Shown: positions 33,990 to 46,503 of the stretch, in pieces | How positions within the stretch are numbered: position 1 is the stretch's first letter | Layout of the letters: each line of letters begins with the position of its first letter | Translations under genes and position numbers: made by a program | Notes under the pieces: model-generated | Database searches by the model: none | The model's input: the letters and a program-made list of their open reading frames with translations, nothing else | Told to the model about the DNA's origin: nothing | Source: an uncultured Planctomycetaceae bacterium | GTDB taxonomy: Bacteria > Planctomycetota > Planctomycetia > Isosphaerales > Isosphaeraceae | Assembly: GCA_963833985.1 (NCBI GenBank) | Contig: CAWIAD010000002.1 | Coordinates: 6,496,001 to 6,560,000, forward strand | Reading direction: 5' to 3' | Length of the DNA: 64,000 nucleotides

Positions 33990-36900
33990 ATGAATGCGAA
34001 GCACCAACTGGTTTTCGCCCTCCTCGGGATGGTGGCAGTGCCCGCTTCGGCCCAGCAAAACCTGCTTCCTCAGGGGGACTTCAACAACCCGAGCGTCACG
34101 ACGGAGTGGGCCGAGGGGTTCAACATTCCGAAGAATCGCGAGTTCCAGGTTGTCTCAGAAAACGGCAAGCACTGGCTGCGAATCGAGAATCACGATGCGA
34201 ACCGTCAACTCGACTACGTGCATGCTTACGTGAAAGTCGCTCCGCGGATCACGTCGCTGACCGTCGCGGTTCGAATGCGAGCCAGAAACCTGAGCATTGG
34301 CAAGGAAGGCTGGCACACGGCTCGAGTGGCCCTGATGTTCGAGGGAGGCAGCTTCGGTTACCCGGCGCTGGTTCCCGAGCTCAGGGCCGACTCCGACTGG
34401 GTCACGAAATCGGTCGAGCTGAAGGTGCCCGCGGGGGCGACTCGGCTCAATATCCAGCCCGCCATGTTCTACTGCACCGGCGTGTTCGAGATTGCCGATC
34501 TCACGGTCGCCCCGCGACTGGCGGGGACGACAAAGCCACCGGCAGATGCCGAGCTGCCGGCCGGCATGAGCCTGAACTGGGAGCAGACGAAGATCGTGAG
34601 AGAGAATACCAGGCGAGCGCGCATCTCGCTTGATGGTATCTGGCGGTTCGCGCCGGCAGGCGAGGGATCCACGGGGCCACCCGGAGTGGGGTGGGGCTGG
34701 ATCCGTGTGCCGGGCAACTGGCAACGTTCGCCGGGCAGGTCTGCCGGCTTCCTGGTCCCCGGCGCTGGTCCGCAGTGGGATCTCTACGACGGGACCCGGG
34801 TGGCGCGCGCCTGGTACCAGCGACGGATACCCATCCCGGCGGAATGGAAAGGCCGCGCGATCAGCGTGCGCTTCGAACGGGTGTGCGCAGACGCAATCGT
34901 TTATATCAATGGCACCGAATGCGGAAGGGTCGCCTGGCCCTGGGGCTCCGTGGATGTCACGTCGGCCGTGACGCCGGGCCAGACTGCCGAACTTCGGGTG
35001 CTGGTGGCAGCCATCGCGGATCCGGAACAGGTGGGTACCTTCTGGCAGAACGCCTTCATGAACGTCTCCTACGCGGCAGCCTCGCTCAGGTCGCGAGGGC
35101 TCACCGGCGGCGTCATCCTGGAAAGCCGCACTTCGAAGGCGCGCGTCTCCGACTTGTTCGTACGCACCTCGACGCGGAAAAAGGAGATCGCGATCGACGT
35201 GGATCTGACCGGCGTCAAGCAGGCGGGCCCGGTCCAGGTGGTTGCCGATATGCTCGATGAGAAGGGCAATCTGGAAAAGAGCTTCAAGGCGAGCGCCGAG
35301 TGGTTGCCGCGGAGACGCAGACCATGGTGCTCGCATGGCCCTGGACCGACCCGCGGCTCTGGGATGTGGGCCAGCCCAATCTCTACACCCTTCGGTTGAC
35401 CGTGACGGGCGCGGGCATGGATGACCAGTACGACCAGAAGTTCGGCTTCCGGGAGTTCTGGATCGAAGGCCGTCAATTCGTCCTTAATGGCACTGTCCTG
35501 CACCTGCGGCAGCCCTGTTTCTACAACGGTCCGCGCACGCAGGTTGGGGACAACTTCTCCGAGATGGGCGCGGAGAATGTGGATACCCGGGGTGATGCCA
35601 GTGATGCGGGGCATGAGCTCGACGACGCCGATCGCCGGGGATACCTGGCGGCAGTGTATCTCCTGAACGCGAACAAGTACATGATGAGCTCCAGGGGCCG
35701 GATTGTCTGGGAGCAGAACCGTCAGCGCGCCCTCGACCGCGCCACAGTTTGGCTGCGGCACTACCGCAATCATCCCTCCGCGATCATGTGGATCGCCGGA
35801 TTCAATTTCTTCAACAGCGCGGTGGACGCAGATCCGCGCCATGTGGGACGTCAGGGCTGGGACCAGGGCGACGTGCGCTGGAGAAACCTCATCGCACAGG
35901 GCAAGGACCTGTTCGAGGGTCTGAAAAAGCTCGATCCGACCCGGGTGTATTATAGCCACGCGGGTGCCTCCGCGGGCGACGTTTACACGATGAACTGCTA
36001 CCTGGATCTCCTTCCCCTCCAGGAGCGCGAAGATTGGCTGAGCGACTGGTCCAGCAGCGGCGAGATGCCGATTTGTATGGTCGAGTTCGGCACGCCCATG
36101 GACTGCACGTTCAGGCGCAGGCGCCACGGGTTCGAGAGCAACATCACCAGCGAGCCTTTGCTCACGGAGTTCGCCGCCATCTATTTTGGCACGGCAGCCT
36201 ACTCCTCCGAGGAGGCAGAGTACCGGCAGTATCTGCACGACCTGTTCCGCGGGGGGATGCTCTTTGGCAGCTCCGAGAATCGGCTCGATACGTACGCAAA
36301 CAACCACAAGCTCCAGCAGCTCTACCGCCGAAATACCTGGCGCAGTTGGCGGACAGCAGGCCTGCCGGGCGGTTTGCGCACCTGGTCATGGATGCAGGAT
36401 GCTCTCGTCGAGATCAATGGCCCGACCCTGGCGTGGATCGCGGGCCCGGCGGGAGCTGACACCGCGAAGGACCATCACTTCGGTCCCGGAGAGACGATCA
36501 ACAAGCAGATCGTGCTCATCAACGATACGCGCCGGCCGCAGCAGTTTCGCGCTGCCTGGACCGCCATGGTCGGCGGCAAAGCGGTGCATGGGGGTCAAGT
36601 GCAAGGCTGTCTGGCCATTTCCGAGATCCGATTCGTTCCAGTTCAGATCACAGCCCCAGCCCAGGCAGCCGGAGCAAGGGCCGAGGGCCAGATCACGCTG
36701 GAGGCGACCATCGGCGACACCAAACACCAGGATCGTTTTCCGTTCCGCTTGTACGGAGCAGACGAGAGCCACAGCGGTCAGCTCGCCGTCGTCGATCCCC
36801 GCGGCACGACCAGCAAGATGCTTGCAAGCCTGGGATATCGAACCTTCCCCTGGGATGGCTCGGCCGTCCCGCTGGTGGTGATCGGGCGCAACGCGCTGAA

Positions 36901-38635
36901 GGAGGATGCAACAGTGGTGGCCAGGCTCGAGCCCCACGTGCGGGCGGGAGGCAGGGCCCTGATCTGCGCTCAAGATCCGGAATGGATGTCCCAGACCCTG
37001 GGGTGGCGCGTGTGCCCGAAGGTGGCCAGGCGCGTTTTCCCCGCCGGTTCCGAAGTCACCCGCGCCATCGATTCGGAAGACCTCCGAGATTGGAATGGCA
37101 GCAGCGCCTTGATCGAGCCTTTCCCGCGCTACGAGGGGAACTACCTCAGAGGCAACGAGCGAGAGCAACCCTATGCCGGGTGGCACTGGGGCAACCGCGG
37201 AGGCGTCAGCAGCGCGGCCGTCGAAAAGCCGCACCGCAGTGGCTGGCGTCCCCTGCTCGAGTGTGAATTCGACCTGTCCTATACGCCGCTCATGGAGCTC
37301 GACCATGGCCTGGGCCGGTTGACCGTCTGCACGCTGGACCTGGAGGACCATCTGCTCCAGGATCCCGCGGCGCGGCTCATGGCAGGTCGAATCGTGGACC
37401 ACGCCCTGCACTCGCCGCTGGCTCCACGGGTGAGCAAGGTGGTGTACCTTGGCGGCGCCTCAGGCGCTGCCTGGCTCGACAGGATCGGAGTGAGCTATCA
37501 GCGGTCGGACACTCTGGAAACCGGGGCCGGGCTGCTGCTCATCGGCCCGGATGCCGCACTCGACACGACGGTGCTCACCACCTACATCCAGCACGGGGGC
37601 AAGGCGTTCTTCTTGCCGCGGTCGCAGCCTGATGGATGGCTCGGCACCGCTCTGAAGCCAGCCTCCGCCCGATTCGCGGGATCACTCGCCGCTCCAGATT
37701 GGCCCGAGGCAAGCGGCCTCAGCGCGTCGGATTTGCGCTGGCGCGGTTCCCTGGACACGCCTTACTGGCTGCTCAGTGCCGGTGCGGAGATCGGGGCCAG
37801 CGGCTTGATTGGCCGCAAGACGCTGGGCAGGGGCCTGGCAATCTTCTGCCAGGTGGATCCGGATGGCTTTAATGCAGACAGGAAGACCTATTTTCGGTAC
37901 ACGCGCTGGCGGGCTACCCGCGCCGTCGCCCAGTTGCTCGCCAACCTGGGTGCCAGTTTCGCCGTGGATCGGCGGATCTTTCACCCTCTCGATACCTGGG
38001 TAGTCAACCTTGCGGGCAAGTGGCAGATGCAAGTCGCGTCCAAGCTACCACGCGCGACCAGCGAGGCCATGGCGCCTGCCGACCCCGGCATGAGCGCTCA
38101 GGGCCGCCGCCTGGTCGAGCAAACCGTGGCGGGCGCAGGATGGGTCCCTGTCCCCCTACCACAAATGTTGCCGATATTCGAAATCAGCGACGGGGAAGCC
38201 GTCTTTCGTCAAGAGGTCATCATCCCGACGCAGCACGCCGGGCAGGGACTGAAGCTCGCGCTGGGCGCCCTCTGTGATTTCGACAACACCTACTTCAATG
38301 GTGTGGAAGTGGGGCACACGGACAGGACGACGCCGGACTGGCGGCACACGCCGCGCGACTACCTCGTACCTGGAAGACTGGTCAAGGCCGGCAGGAACGT
38401 GATCGCAGTACGACTCTTCAATTGTTTCGGATCAGGCGGCTTTGCCGGTGATCCCGGCCTCGCCACGGGCCCCAACGGAGATCGCTCGGGGCCCCAAGCC
38501 ACGGGCCCGCGCATCGGCCTAAACATGTCTCTGAGCCGCAGCCCCGAAGGCCCCCAGTCGCTCTCGTACTATCACGCCGATTACCGCACCGATTTCCCGA
38601 TGGGAGACAACCCGTACCGGTATTACCGGTGGTAG
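33990..38635 (+). CDS. large secreted GH2-like glycoside hydrolase with galactose-binding-type modules (apparent frameshift near 35299)
   Basis: Signal peptide, ISLDGIWRF, AWYQRRIPIP, PRLWDVGQPNLYTL, FGFREFWIEG...LNG, RNHPSAIMW and MVEFG. C-terminal DNTYFNG...GRNVIAVR. Confidence 0.8.
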
Positions 38636-38766
38636 CCTTGCTTGTGCCTTCGAGGGGCGGCGCTCGGCAGGCGTTGAAATACGAGCAGAGCAAAAAACGT
38701 CGCGATCCGAGTGTGCGCGGCGTCCAGGGACGGGCGAGGCCGTCGTCGATGATCACACGGTAATCC

Positions 38767-38940
38767 TTGTCTGCGTCGGTCCGATCTTCCAGAAACGCCA
38801 AAAAGCAACGGCCGTTGACCCCGGCCACGCCCTTGCCCCAGGACGACATGTCGAGAAAGGTGTTGCCCCCCGCGGGCACACTGAACACCGCCCGCCGGAA
38901 GGCCGTACCGCCAGAGTCCGATCCCGGAGCCTTGAAGTCC
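38767..38940 (-). pseudogene. remnant of a GH35 beta-galactosidase C-terminal domain
   Basis: AFRRAVFSVPAGGNTFLDMSSWGKGVAGVNGR, then after a frameshift RFWKIGPTQT. No start and no catalytic domain. Confidence 0.65.
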
Positions 38941-39117
38941 AGGGCCGTGTTCTACCGCCAGGGGTAGAGCACGGCCTGGACTGCATCATAACGTGTGTAT
39001 GAGTGCGCCCGCCTGGCCTGCCAAGAAAGGGATCACGGTGCGCGCGCCCAGACGGCCCTGGTCGCAGCGTAACATGTCTGGAATTCTCGGTTTGCATAAG
39101 AATGTTAGGTGGCCCGA

Positions 39118-39660
39118 TCAAGGTCGATCGGCTTCCGAGCCGAGGTTGTGCAAGGCAGTGATGATGCGGGCGCACTGGCGGACGGCCTCGAAGAGGCCGA
39201 TCGCCACGGCGCTTGAGAGGTTCAGGCTGCGTGCCTCGGGGCGGATAGGGATGCGGAGCGAGCGGTCGGGGCACTCATCCATCCAGGACCCGGGGAGGCC
39301 GCGGCTCTCCGGGCCGAAAACGAGCGCGTCGCCAGGTTGGAAGACCGCTTCCGTGTAGAGCCGGCTGCCCCTGGTGCTGAAGGCCCAGAGCCGTTGCCGG
39401 CCCAGGGCTCCGGTCACCTCGGCCAGGCTGTCCGCGAGGCAAAGGTCGAGGTGCTCCCAGTAATCGAGCCCGGCGCGGCGGAGATGCCGGTCGTCGAGGT
39501 GAAAGCCCAGCGGGCGGACCAGCCACAGGCTGGCTCCCGCGGCCACGCAGGTGCGGCCGATTGCGCCGGTGTTGGACGCGATCTCGGGCTCGAAGAGGAC
39601 TACGTGAAGCCGCGCGCCCTTGCCCGCAGGATTATAGGCCGGCATGGGGCTGAGCGTCAT
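39118..39660 (-). CDS. trmL: tRNA (cytidine/uridine-34-2'-O)-methyltransferase
   Basis: VVLFEPEIASNTGAIGRTC, LRRAGLDYW, FGPESRGLP and RSLNLSSAVA. Confidence 0.93.
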   Translation of the reverse strand: MTLSPMPAYNPAGKGARLHVVLFEPEIASNTGAIGRTCVAAGASLWLVRPLGFHLDDRHLRRAGLDYWEHLDLCLADSLAEVTGALGRQRLWAFSTRGSRLYTEAVFQPGDALVFGPESRGLPGSWMDECPDRSLRIPIRPEARSLNLSSAVAIGLFEAVRQCARIITALHNLGSEADRP

Positions 39661-40380
39661 GATGCGGGCTTCCTCTGCTGCGCGTCCCTGGTCTCTTCGG
39701 CAGCACTGCGACGAAGGTAATTCGGCTCGAGCGTCCACAGGTCGTCGCGCCGGCCCGCCGCGTGCAGCCTCTGCGCCAGCGCGATGCAGCGCCTGCACCC
39801 TGGCCGAGTCGCCGACGGCGGGCGCCGCCTGGAGCACCGGCGGCAAGATCGCGGCGCGGATTCGCGGTGAGTCAAGGCCTGGACCGACGACAATTCCCGG
39901 GGCGGACAGTTCCCGCGCCGAGGCGTCAAGTGCAACGATGCGGGCGGGGACCAGTGTCGCGGGTGGTTCCTCCGGCAATGTCCGGCGGAAACTGGCGGCG
40001 TAGACGTCCCCGCGCTGTGCATCAGCCACTGCGTGGATGCATTCAGGCGAGTCATGCAGGCTCAGCGCCCAGCCTTCCAGGCTATCAAACCCGACGAGGT
40101 CAGCGCCGCTGGCATAGGCGAGCGTTCGCGCGGCCGTCAGGCCGATACGCAGCCCGGTGTACGATCCCGGGCCGAGCCCCACCGCGATGACCTCCAGCTC
40201 GCGGGCGCTCAGTTTTGCCCCCTGGAGCAGTTCAGCCACAGCGGGGAGGAGATCGCGGCCATGGCGCCGTGCATGGACAAACCTGGACACATGAACGGTG
40301 CCCGCCGCTGTGTGCAATCCCACGGCGGGGTAGTCACACGACGTGTCGATCACCAGCAGGTGGGTTTCGTGAGCGTTCAC
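39657..40380 (-). CDS. tsaB: t6A biosynthesis protein TsaB (apparent frameshift near 39786)
   Basis: LVIDTS, GLGPGSYTGLRIG and DAQRGDVY. The C-terminus LEPNYLRRSAAEE is in another frame, and its stop overlaps the trmL ATG. Confidence 0.9.
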
Positions 40381-40629
40381 AGCAGTCCTGGAGTACGAGC
40401 CGGGCTGTCACGGCCACTCCCTTTCATGATGGTGAAGGATCGCAACATCCCGCAATTGATTCCGCGTGCTGTCAGGGTGAAGCGTCTGATTTTCGATAGA
40501 AAGAATATCTGAAGGTCTACTCACCTGGCGAAATCAGGCGCAGCCAGTCTCGCAGGATGATGTTAAAGGGGGGAGCGCTGGGGCCTCGACCTGGCGGAAG
40601 GGGCGATCTGAGATCATGGATTCGTGGAC

Positions 40630-40659
40630 TTGACCCCTTCACTACCTTCGTTCTATTCT
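40630..40659 (+). promoter_or_regulatory. sigma70-like promoter
   Basis: TTGACC-N18-TATTCT in an AT-rich intergenic region upstream of the phosphoesterase-yidC-mnmE run. Confidence 0.45.
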
Positions 40660-40779
40660 TTAGGATATAATTTCGCGCGGAATTTGATCGTATTCAGGAC
40701 GGATCATTCTCGCGCGGCAAATTAGCGGACCGTGGGCCGCTGCCAGAAGCTGGCCTGTTCGGTCGGAGGATTCTCCTCG

Positions 40780-41574
40780 GTGCGGCGAGCCTTGATCAGC
40801 GATATTCATGGGAACCTGGAAGCCTTGGAGGTGGTTCTCGACGACATCCAAGGCCAGAAGATCTCGGAGATTTTTTGTCTCGGGGACATCATCGGCTACG
40901 GACCGAACCCTCGAGAGTGCATTGACCGGGTGATGGATACCTGCAAGATGACCTTGCTGGGCAACCATGACCAGGGTGCGATGTTCGACCCGGACGGGTT
41001 CAACATTGGTGCGGAGCGGGCCATTTTCTGGACCCGCAGCCAGCTCGAGAGTCCCTCTGACCGGAACAACAACGAGCGCCGCTGGGAGTTTCTGGGCGAT
41101 CTGCCGCGTTCTTACCGGATGGGGCCGTTCCTCTTCGTGCACGGCTCACCGCGTAATCCGCTCAGCGAGTACATCTTTCCCGAAGACATCTACAACCACC
41201 GCAAGATGGAACGGCTGTTCCAGCTTGTGGAGCGTTATTGTTTTCAGGGACACACCCACGTGCCGGGGATCTTCACCGAGAACTATCAATTCTTCGCCCC
41301 CGAGGAGATCGACAACGAATATACCCTGGGCGAGGGAAAGCTGATGGTGAACGTGGGTTCGGTGGGCCAGCCGCGTGACGGCGATAACCGCGCCTGCTAC
41401 GTGGTTCTCGATGATGGACAGAGCGACGAATCCGGGGCGGAGCTCCGGGTGCAGGCCTCTCCCCGCATCACGTTCCGCCGCCTTGGCTACGAGTTCGAGA
41501 AAACCATCCAGAAGATCTACGCCATTCCCGATCTCGAGCCGTTCCTGGGCGACCGGCTCCGGCAAGGACGTTGA
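40780..41574 (+). CDS. calcineurin-like metallophosphoesterase
   Basis: [28 protein letters not shown] and [11 protein letters not shown]. Confidence 0.93.
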   Translation: MRRALISDIHGNLEALEVVLDDIQGQKISEIFCLGDIIGYGPNPRECIDRVMDTCKMTLLGNHDQGAMFDPDGFNIGAERAIFWTRSQLESPSDRNNNERRWEFLGDLPRSYRMGPFLFVHGSPRNPLSEYIFPEDIYNHRKMERLFQLVERYCFQGHTHVPGIFTENYQFFAPEEIDNEYTLGEGKLMVNVGSVGQPRDGDNRACYVVLDDGQSDESGAELRVQASPRITFRRLGYEFEKTIQKIYAIPDLEPFLGDRLRQGR

Positions 41575-41820
41575 TCCGTGCATCGAGCGGCGAAGGCGGG
41601 TCGTCCCGGTCGTCCCTGTGCGAGCGGTAGGCAGCTGCTCGATGCGATCTGGCGGCCGGCTTCCGTCCATTTGAGACGGACGAGGCACAAGCCAGGCGGC
41701 GGTGTTCGGCCAGGACGATCGACGCCCTGCGACCACACGGAGTGCCCGGCCTCCGGGTGAGCCTGTGACGGATCCAGAAACCCATCCCGGAAACGCTCGC
41801 CATCCCAGAGTTTGCACGCC

Positions 41821-44178
41821 ATGAGCAATGAGAAACGCGTCATCCTGTGCGTCCTGCTGATCTTCGTCTGGGTGACGGTGGCCCCCACGCTGCTCCGATC
41901 TCTCGGGCTCATGCCGCCGCCCCCCAAGAAGGCAGCACCGGCCCCGGCGGCGACTGTTGACGCGGCCAAGGAACAGATGAAACCTGGAGACGACCAGGCC
42001 GTAGCGAAGGCCGAGGCCGAGCAGTCCAGGGCCGGTGCGGCATCGGCAGACTCCAGGCCGGAACCCGCCAAGGGTGCCGACGCTGCGAAGAAGGCCCCGG
42101 AGACGGCCAGCGAGGCCGCAAAGCCCGGCAAGCCCGGTGTCGTCCCGGTGGAGGAGCAAGAGCTGGTCCTGGGCTCGGCCAGCGACAAGAGCCCCGCAGG
42201 CTACCGTCTGGAGGTACAGCTCCAGCAAAAGGGCGCCGGGGTGGAATCGGTCGCGTCGTCACGCTATGACGCCGAGTTCGAGGGCCGCAAGAACCCGCAT
42301 CTTCCCCTGCAACTGGTTCGACGCGACCCATTCGCGCAGCCGTCGCTGGCGTTGACCCTGAGCACCGACGTGCCCGCGGCCGCCGAGGCCGAGAAGCCGG
42401 AGACCGAAAGCGACACCGAGACCGACCAGCCCAAGCCTCCTTCCCGCACCGAGGACCTGCTTGACTCCGTGCTCTGGGACGTGGTTCGCGACGACCAGGG
42501 CCGCGTCGTCGTGCCTTTAACCGGCACGACCGACTCCGGGAAGGAAGTCGAAGGCCAGCAGGTCAGCTTCCGCACCAAGGCCGCCAACGAAGTTGTCGTC
42601 ACCAAGACGTTCCGGCTCTGGAAGGAGACCGACGGCCTGGAGCTGGAGATCCGCTTCGACAGCCCCGACCAGGAGCGGGCCTTCTCTTACAACCTGCTCG
42701 GCCCGCACGGCATTCCGATCGAGGGCGAATGGTACACCGGCACCTTTCGCGAGGCCTTCTTCGCCACCTACGACCAGGGAAAGATCAAGGTCAGCACGCA
42801 TACCGCAAACGACATCGTCAAGGCCAGTCGAGCGGGCAAGCCGATCGAAAGCACCACCTTGCCCTTGCGCTTCACGGGGATCGAGAACCAGTACTTCGCC
42901 CTGCTCATGACCCCGGCGCCTGCACCCACCAGCGAGGCGGACCGCATCGACCGGGAGACCCTGGCCATCGTCTTGCACGAGGACCCGAAGGCCCTTCAGA
43001 AATCCGACGTGGGCGTGCGCATGACTTCCCGGCCGCTCAAGATCGGCCCCAACGTCCCCGCCGTGCACACGTTCCGGATCTTCACCGGGCCGAAGACCGA
43101 CGAGGCACTGAGCGATTATGCCGCCTCGTCTCTGGTCTCGTACCGCAAGAGCAGCTACATCCCCTATGCGTCCACCATCGCTCGATACGTGATCGCGCCC
43201 ACACTGTCGTTCACCTACCAGGTGACGCGCCGGGTCGCCGCCCTGTTCGGCCGGCAAGAAGGCAACTGGGGGATGGCGATCATCCTCCTGACCCTGCTGG
43301 TGAAGATGATCATGTTTCCGCTGGGCCGCAAGCAGGCGCTCATGGCGCAGCGGTCGCAGCAGCTTCAGCCGTTTCTCAAGCAAATTCAGGAGAAGTACAA
43401 GGACGACAAGGAACGGCAAACCAAGGAGACCTTCGCACTTTACAAGAAGCATGGCGTCAACCCCGTGAGCGGCTGCATCCCCGCCCTCATCCAGCTACCC
43501 ATTTTCGTCGGCCTCTGGCAGGCGTTGAACACGAGCGTGGCTCTCCGCCATGCGTCGTTCCTCTGGATCAACGACCTGGCGGCGCCGGACATGCTGTTCC
43601 GGTTTCCGGTGGAGATTCCCCTCATCGGTAGCTGGCTGGGCAACTGGTTCAACGTCCTGCCGTTTGGCGTCGTCGCGCTGATGCTGGTGCAAACCAAGCT
43701 TTTTTCTCCACCGCCGACGACCAAGGAGGCCGAAACCCAGCAACAGACGATGAAGATCATGATGATCTTCATGGCATTCATGTTCTACAAGGTCCCCTCC
43801 GGCCTGGGCATCTACTTCATCACCAGCAGCCTCTGGTCGATCGGCGAGCGGCTGCTCTTGCCCAAGATCAGCCATGCGGCGCCGGATAAGTCCGTGGACG
43901 ACGAGATAGACGGCGGCAAGAGCGGCACACGTGGCAAGGGCGGCTTCGGCGGCAAGGGCGGACCCGGCGGCAACGGCCCGGCACCTCCCAAGAAACCGCC
44001 CGGCGCTTTCAGCCAGTTCATGGAGAGAATTCTCGCGGAGGCGCGCAAGGACCCGACCTATCGCAAGATTGCCGAGCCGCGTGACGGCAAGGACCGCGAC
44101 GGCAAGACCGAATCCGGCGACCACCGCGAACGTGACCGCGACCGCGGCAAGCCCAGGACCCGGCCGGGAAGGAAGTGA
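41821..44178 (+). CDS. yidC: membrane protein insertase YidC
   Basis: GNWGMAIILLTLLVK, LYKKHGVNPVSGCIPALIQLPIF, FLWINDLAAPD and PSGLGIYF. Confidence 0.96.
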   Translation: MSNEKRVILCVLLIFVWVTVAPTLLRSLGLMPPPPKKAAPAPAATVDAAKEQMKPGDDQAVAKAEAEQSRAGAASADSRPEPAKGADAAKKAPETASEAAKPGKPGVVPVEEQELVLGSASDKSPAGYRLEVQLQQKGAGVESVASSRYDAEFEGRKNPHLPLQLVRRDPFAQPSLALTLSTDVPAAAEAEKPETESDTETDQPKPPSRTEDLLDSVLWDVVRDDQGRVVVPLTGTTDSGKEVEGQQVSFRTKAANEVVVTKTFRLWKETDGLELEIRFDSPDQERAFSYNLLGPHGIPIEGEWYTGTFREAFFATYDQGKIKVSTHTANDIVKASRAGKPIESTTLPLRFTGIENQYFALLMTPAPAPTSEADRIDRETLAIVLHEDPKALQKSDVGVRMTSRPLKIGPNVPAVHTFRIFTGPKTDEALSDYAASSLVSYRKSSYIPYASTIARYVIAPTLSFTYQVTRRVAALFGRQEGNWGMAIILLTLLVKMIMFPLGRKQALMAQRSQQLQPFLKQIQEKYKDDKERQTKETFALYKKHGVNPVSGCIPALIQLPIFVGLWQALNTSVALRHASFLWINDLAAPDMLFRFPVEIPLIGSWLGNWFNVLPFGVVALMLVQTKLFSPPPTTKEAETQQQTMKIMMIFMAFMFYKVPSGLGIYFITSSLWSIGERLLLPKISHAAPDKSVDDEIDGGKSGTRGKGGFGGKGGPGGNGPAPPKKPPGAFSQFMERILAEARKDPTYRKIAEPRDGKDRDGKTESGDHRERDRDRGKPRTRPGRK

Positions 44179-44315
44179 GGGTCGTCGCGGCCGGCTCGTC
44201 CCCGAGCGGTGGGTCCGAACCGGTCCGGTCGGCCGCGGTGAGCCTCGGAAGCGGACAGCCCTGATTCCTTGTGCTTTCGCTCGCGCTCCCGCTTGCTTCC
44301 AGGAGCGACTGGCCA

Positions 44316-45678
44316 GTGTTTACCCTCGTGGATACGGAGGAAACGATCGCGGCCGTCGCTTCCGCCGCTGGTCCGGCGATGCGCGGCATTGTGCGGATGT
44401 CCGGGCCAAAAGCCTGGCCGATTGCGCTGGGGGCCTTTCAATCGGGTCACCCCACCACGCCGCCTTCGTCCCACCGGGCGGAGATCCGCGCCGGCCTGCT
44501 TGCGGTCGCTGGAGTGCGGCCTCTCCTGCCGGCCATGATTGCCTTCTGGCCCGGTCCGCGCACCTACACGGGGCAGGACATCGCCGAGATCCATGCCCCG
44601 GGCGCGGTGCCGCTGGTGAACCAGGTGCTCGCTGATTGCCTGGTGCGCGGTGCGCGGCACGCCCGGCCTGGCGAGTTCACGCTCCGCGCGTTCCTCTCCG
44701 GCCGCATCGACCTGACCCGCGCTGAGGCGGTGCTGGGAGTCATCGACGTGCGCAACCCGGCGCAGCTCGACGCCGCGCTGCGGCAACTCGCCGGCGGTCT
44801 TTTCCGGCCGATCGACGCGCCTGCGCGACCGTCTGCTCGACGTCGTGGCCCTGCTCGAGGCCAACCTCGATTTCGCGCACGAGTCCGACGTGGCCGATCC
44901 TGGCCGTGCCGCGCTCGCGCACCAGCTCCTTGCGTCGGCCCGGACGGTCGCGTCGCTGATCGAACGCCTGGCGCGCCGGGATCGCCCGGCGAGCAGCCCT
45001 CGAGTTGTGATCTGCGGCCCACCCAACGCCGGCAAGAGCCGGCTTTTTAACGCGCTACTGGGAGATGAACGGGCCATTGTCGCGCCCACGGCCGGCACCA
45101 CGCGCGACTACCTGAGCGCCGCGTGCGACGTGGGCGGGCTCATCGTCGAGCTGGTGGACACCGCTGGTGAGGAAGTGCCCCGCGGCAGCGTTGAGTCCTG
45201 GGCGCAACAGCACCGCGCCGAGCAGGCTGGGCTGGCCGATCTCGTGCTGGTCTGCCGTGCGCCGGATTCGGACAACGCATTGGAGGCACAGCCCCGCGCG
45301 AATGTGCCAATGCTGAGGGTCTTGACGAAGTGCGACATGGGCTGGCCCGCGCGGGAAGCCACCCCGGCGGCGATCGTCACGAGTGCGGCCACCGGCGAGG
45401 GGCTCGCTGCCCTGCGCGCGGCCATTTGCAGGGCCGTGGGCAACGACGCGGCCGAGCATGCGCTCCCCTCCAGCACCTCGGCACGCTGTCGCGAAAGCCT
45501 CGAAGGCGCCTCGTACGCGCTCGATTCGGCCGCGCGTACCCTGCAAGACCGAGGCGGAGACGAACTGGTGGCGGCCGACCTGAGGTTGGCCCTCGACGAA
45601 CTGGGTGAGGTGACCGGCGCGGTAGTCACTGATGACATTCTGGACCGCATCTTCCAGCGCTTCTGCATCGGCAAATGA
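44316..45678 (+). CDS. mnmE: tRNA modification GTPase MnmE (apparent frameshift near 44820)
   Basis: GIVRMSG, TYTGQD, PGEFTLRAFLSGRIDL, GPPNAGKS, GTTRD, DTAG and terminal FCIGK. Confidence 0.93.
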
Positions 45679-45764
45679 GCACGGCGACCTTGCGCCGACA
45701 CAGGGATTGGAATGGATTCCAGGATCCGGCGGCAGTGCAGCGACCTCGACGTTTTGCCTGGGAG

Positions 45765-46275
45765 ATGGCTGTGGCGCATGACCCGATCAGTCCGATCCAG
45801 TGGCAGGTCGAAACCCTCATTCACGCGCGCCGCGAGGCGACGTGGGAGGCCATCGATGATCTCTCCCTGATACCTGACTATCATCCGGTGGTCGGCCACG
45901 TGGAGCTGCCGCAAGGAGTCGAACGCCGGCAACCGGGCGTGGAATACAGATGTGTGATCCCTTCGGGACCGGGCAAGGGGTGGTGCGTGGAGAAGGTGAT
46001 CGACCATGTCCCGTTGCGGAGGACCACGGTAGCGTTCACGGCCGACTCGTGGGGTCTGACCCGGCTGATCGACGGTTTCCTGACGGAAATCGAAATCGAA
46101 CCTCGGGGAGAATCAATCACGCGGGTCATCCTGACAGGGCGCTACCGTCCCAGGGGCTGGAAAGGCGCGATCCTCAACGTCTTGGTGCTGCGCCGGCGCA
46201 TGTGCGAGCCGCGCCCTCGAGACGATGCGCGGTTTCAAGCGGCTGCTCGAGGAGCGGAGCACGAAAGCGTCATGA
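45765..46275 (+). CDS. SRPBCC family protein (apparent frameshift near 46203)
   Basis: IHARREATWEAIDDLSLIPDYHP. C-terminal helix ALETMRGFKRLLE is in another frame. Confidence 0.7.
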
Positions 46276-46326
46276 CAGGGACGTCGTGCCGGATGGGCGG
46301 CTCGAAGCGGGATTGAACGAATCGAC

Positions 46327-46375
46327 CTCGCTCCCACGCTCCTGCGTGGGAGTGTCGTCCGCGACGCTCCGAGAC
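46327..46375. repeat. REP-like palindromic element
   Basis: CTCCCACGC-TCCT-GCGTGGGAG hairpin followed by GTCGTCCGCGAC. Resembles a widespread intergenic repeat type. Confidence 0.55.
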
Positions 46376-46503
46376 TGTGAGTTTTCGACCGCACGGCGGG
46401 TTTTCCCATCGGCGTGCGTCGATTGATCAGGGGTCGGGGTCTCTGCTGCTCTCGGGTTGAGGCGGGTACAATCCCTTGCGCGGATGTCGCGGGGGAGCCG
46501 GCC

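Noticed and set aside
39118..40380. Apparent TsaB-TrmL fusion (420-aa ORF)
   Set aside because: The true TsaB C-terminus (LEPNYLRRSAAEE) is in another frame and ends in an ATGA overlap with trmL, so the fusion comes from one indel.
40420..40730. Possible oriC in the AT-rich gap near yidC-mnmE
   Set aside because: I saw no DnaA boxes, and dnaA, rpmH and rnpA are absent. A divergent promoter region explains it.
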